Shown: positions 62,438 to 64,000 of the stretch, piece by piece
Position numbering within the stretch: position 1 is the stretch's first letter
Layout: each line of letters opens with the position of its first letter
Assembly: GCA_045837725.1 (NCBI GenBank)
Contig: JBEWZL010000151.1
Location: 62,001 to 126,000 of the forward strand
DNA length: 64,000 nt
Reading direction: 5' to 3'
From: Vermamoeba vermiformis
Taxonomy: Eukaryota
Notes under the pieces: model-generated
The model's input: only the letters and a program-made list of their open reading frames with translations
Database searches by the model: none
Told to the model about the DNA's origin: nothing
Translations under genes and position numbers: made by a program

Positions 62438-64000
62438 TTACAAGTTGATCGATTTAAGAAAACCAGATGCGATGTTTTTGTACCTCCAAATATCACCTTC
62501 GAGGCGCTTAAACTTCAATCCCTTTAAGTTCTTAAAGTCCTTCATCTTCACAATCTCAATATCAAACACGATCTTCTCGGAGGTCGGATCCGATGCGTTG
62601 TTGAGAAGTGTCATTTTGAACTCGTACTTTGACACTTTGTCGCATTGAAGTGAGCACTTTTGAGCAGCTGAAATGATCTTCTTTTTGATCTCTTTCGTCG
62701 ACTTTGATGACGTCGTGTCGCACTTGAACGACGACGACAGTTTGAAATTTCGTTGCTCGGAGTCAAAATTTTGACTGGCTTGGCCTTCACTTGCAGCAAC
62801 ATTCGACGAGTTATTCAGTGAACGGACAGTTTGTTTCGGGCTCTCTTCATGAATCTTGTTCATCGTCCAAAGGCCGGACGGATCTCGATCCAAATACGCG
62901 TCAAAATTGATACTTTCGCCAGACGACGCGGTTGAGGTGCCAGAGATCGTGTTACGTTTAGCTTTTTTATCAGTAATTCTCCTCTTCATAAGCTTCTTTT
63001 GTGTGGCTTTACTGCTCTTAGTAATGTCGTTGATGATCTGATCCAGTTGTGCTTCGAATTTGTCCATCAAATTTTTGGCGTCCTGTTTGCCCTCCGCGAC
63101 AGCTTTTGCAAAGTCTCGTTCGCCCAAACTGAATTACCATATTTAGTATAGGTCCCGAGTACTCTTAAGGTACGTATATTATACTGACCTATTCTTTTTC
63201 TGTGAGTCTCGGAGGTGTCTCCGAGTGTGCACAACGGTCTCGGATAAAATTTCTTCGTTGGAAAAACTTCGTTTTAGCAACGGAGGTTGCAACACGGATG
63301 AAGGCTCGCTACTCGCTTTAGAACTATTCAGTTTGCTTATAGTAGGTGCTCTGATGCGACGACTTGGTGATAACGGTCTTCTACTTAAGCACAACTGATA
63401 CGCGGTGACAATTTGTTTGTTGTTTTTGTTCTTCAAAATATCACGGCGATTCGCTTGAGTATCGTCAAAGCCCAATGCAACGACTTCACGCATGATTTGT
63501 TCGTCGATTTGAGTCACGTGCTTGAATACTGGCACGTATGTCTCTGGTGGATTGCGATGCAACTTCAAGATCCAAGGATGAACGCGGATCTCGCTCAATG
63601 TTATTCTTTTCTTCGGATCTATTGCCAACATCCTCGTAATTAAATCTTTAAGCTCTAAAAACGATTATTAGTACTTAATTTTTGATTCAAAACACAGAAT
63701 TTTTAGCGTCGGAAATCTAAATTTTACCTTTTGAAACTTCAACGTCAAACTGAAGTCCCTGGTTAATTCTTTTAAGCATTTCGTAGGGAGTATCAGCATC
63801 AAAAGGTTGTCGGCCATTAACCTGTAAAATATTGCATCAGATCGGTTGATCCGAAAAATTTCAGATGCGGAAGATCTACGACCCTAGATCTGACTTACCA
63901 AGCAGTACAATATGACACCAAGGGCATATATATCTACCGGAGGACCTCCATATACTTGCCCATGCAAAATTTCCGGAGCCGCTAATTAATATAAACGGAT
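62438..64000 (-). CDS. MARK/KIN1-like kinase K4 (5' part outside window)
   Basis: [24 protein letters not shown] region identical in protein to K1, KA1 core identical to K2. Confidence 0.92.

Overview
Eukaryotic, AT-rich, gene-dense DNA with many short GT-AG introns that often carry CTAAY-type branch points. It is most likely from a free-living amoeboid protist. The Amoebozoa assignment is an inference from the DRP5/Dlp-type dynamin, a GlfB-C-like domain and TIG-type surface-protein relics. The ORF track shows only exon fragments; spliced by eye, the window holds about 22 intact genes. In order: M1 aminopeptidase (partial), BAR-PH-ArfGAP-ankyrin protein, P-loop GTPase with a DUF697-like tail head-to-head with a DRP5-like dynamin, three paralogous type I membrane proteins with a SAM methyltransferase between the first two, peroxisomal MDR oxidoreductase, dual-specificity phosphatase, mitochondrial J-protein with a GC-AG intron, ~1480-aa Ki-67-like FHA protein, two intronless GNATs, ankyrin protein, GPI-type propeller protein, GlfB-C-like protein, C-CAP/sirtuin/tail-anchor fusion, class 3 lipase and four MARK/KIN1-like kinases. 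There are also several pseudogene relics. Most notable: (1) an exact 12-bp palindrome TGACACGTGTCA occurring 8 times, 7 of them in introns; (2) clustered GATC motifs in non-coding DNA; (3) the Ki-67-like architecture; (4) the sirtuin fusion; (5) a reconstructable segmental duplication flanking the methyltransferase; (6) gene-conversion mosaicism in the kinase array. No rRNA, tRNA, CRISPR array or transposase was seen. All gene models are manual and unverified by transcripts.
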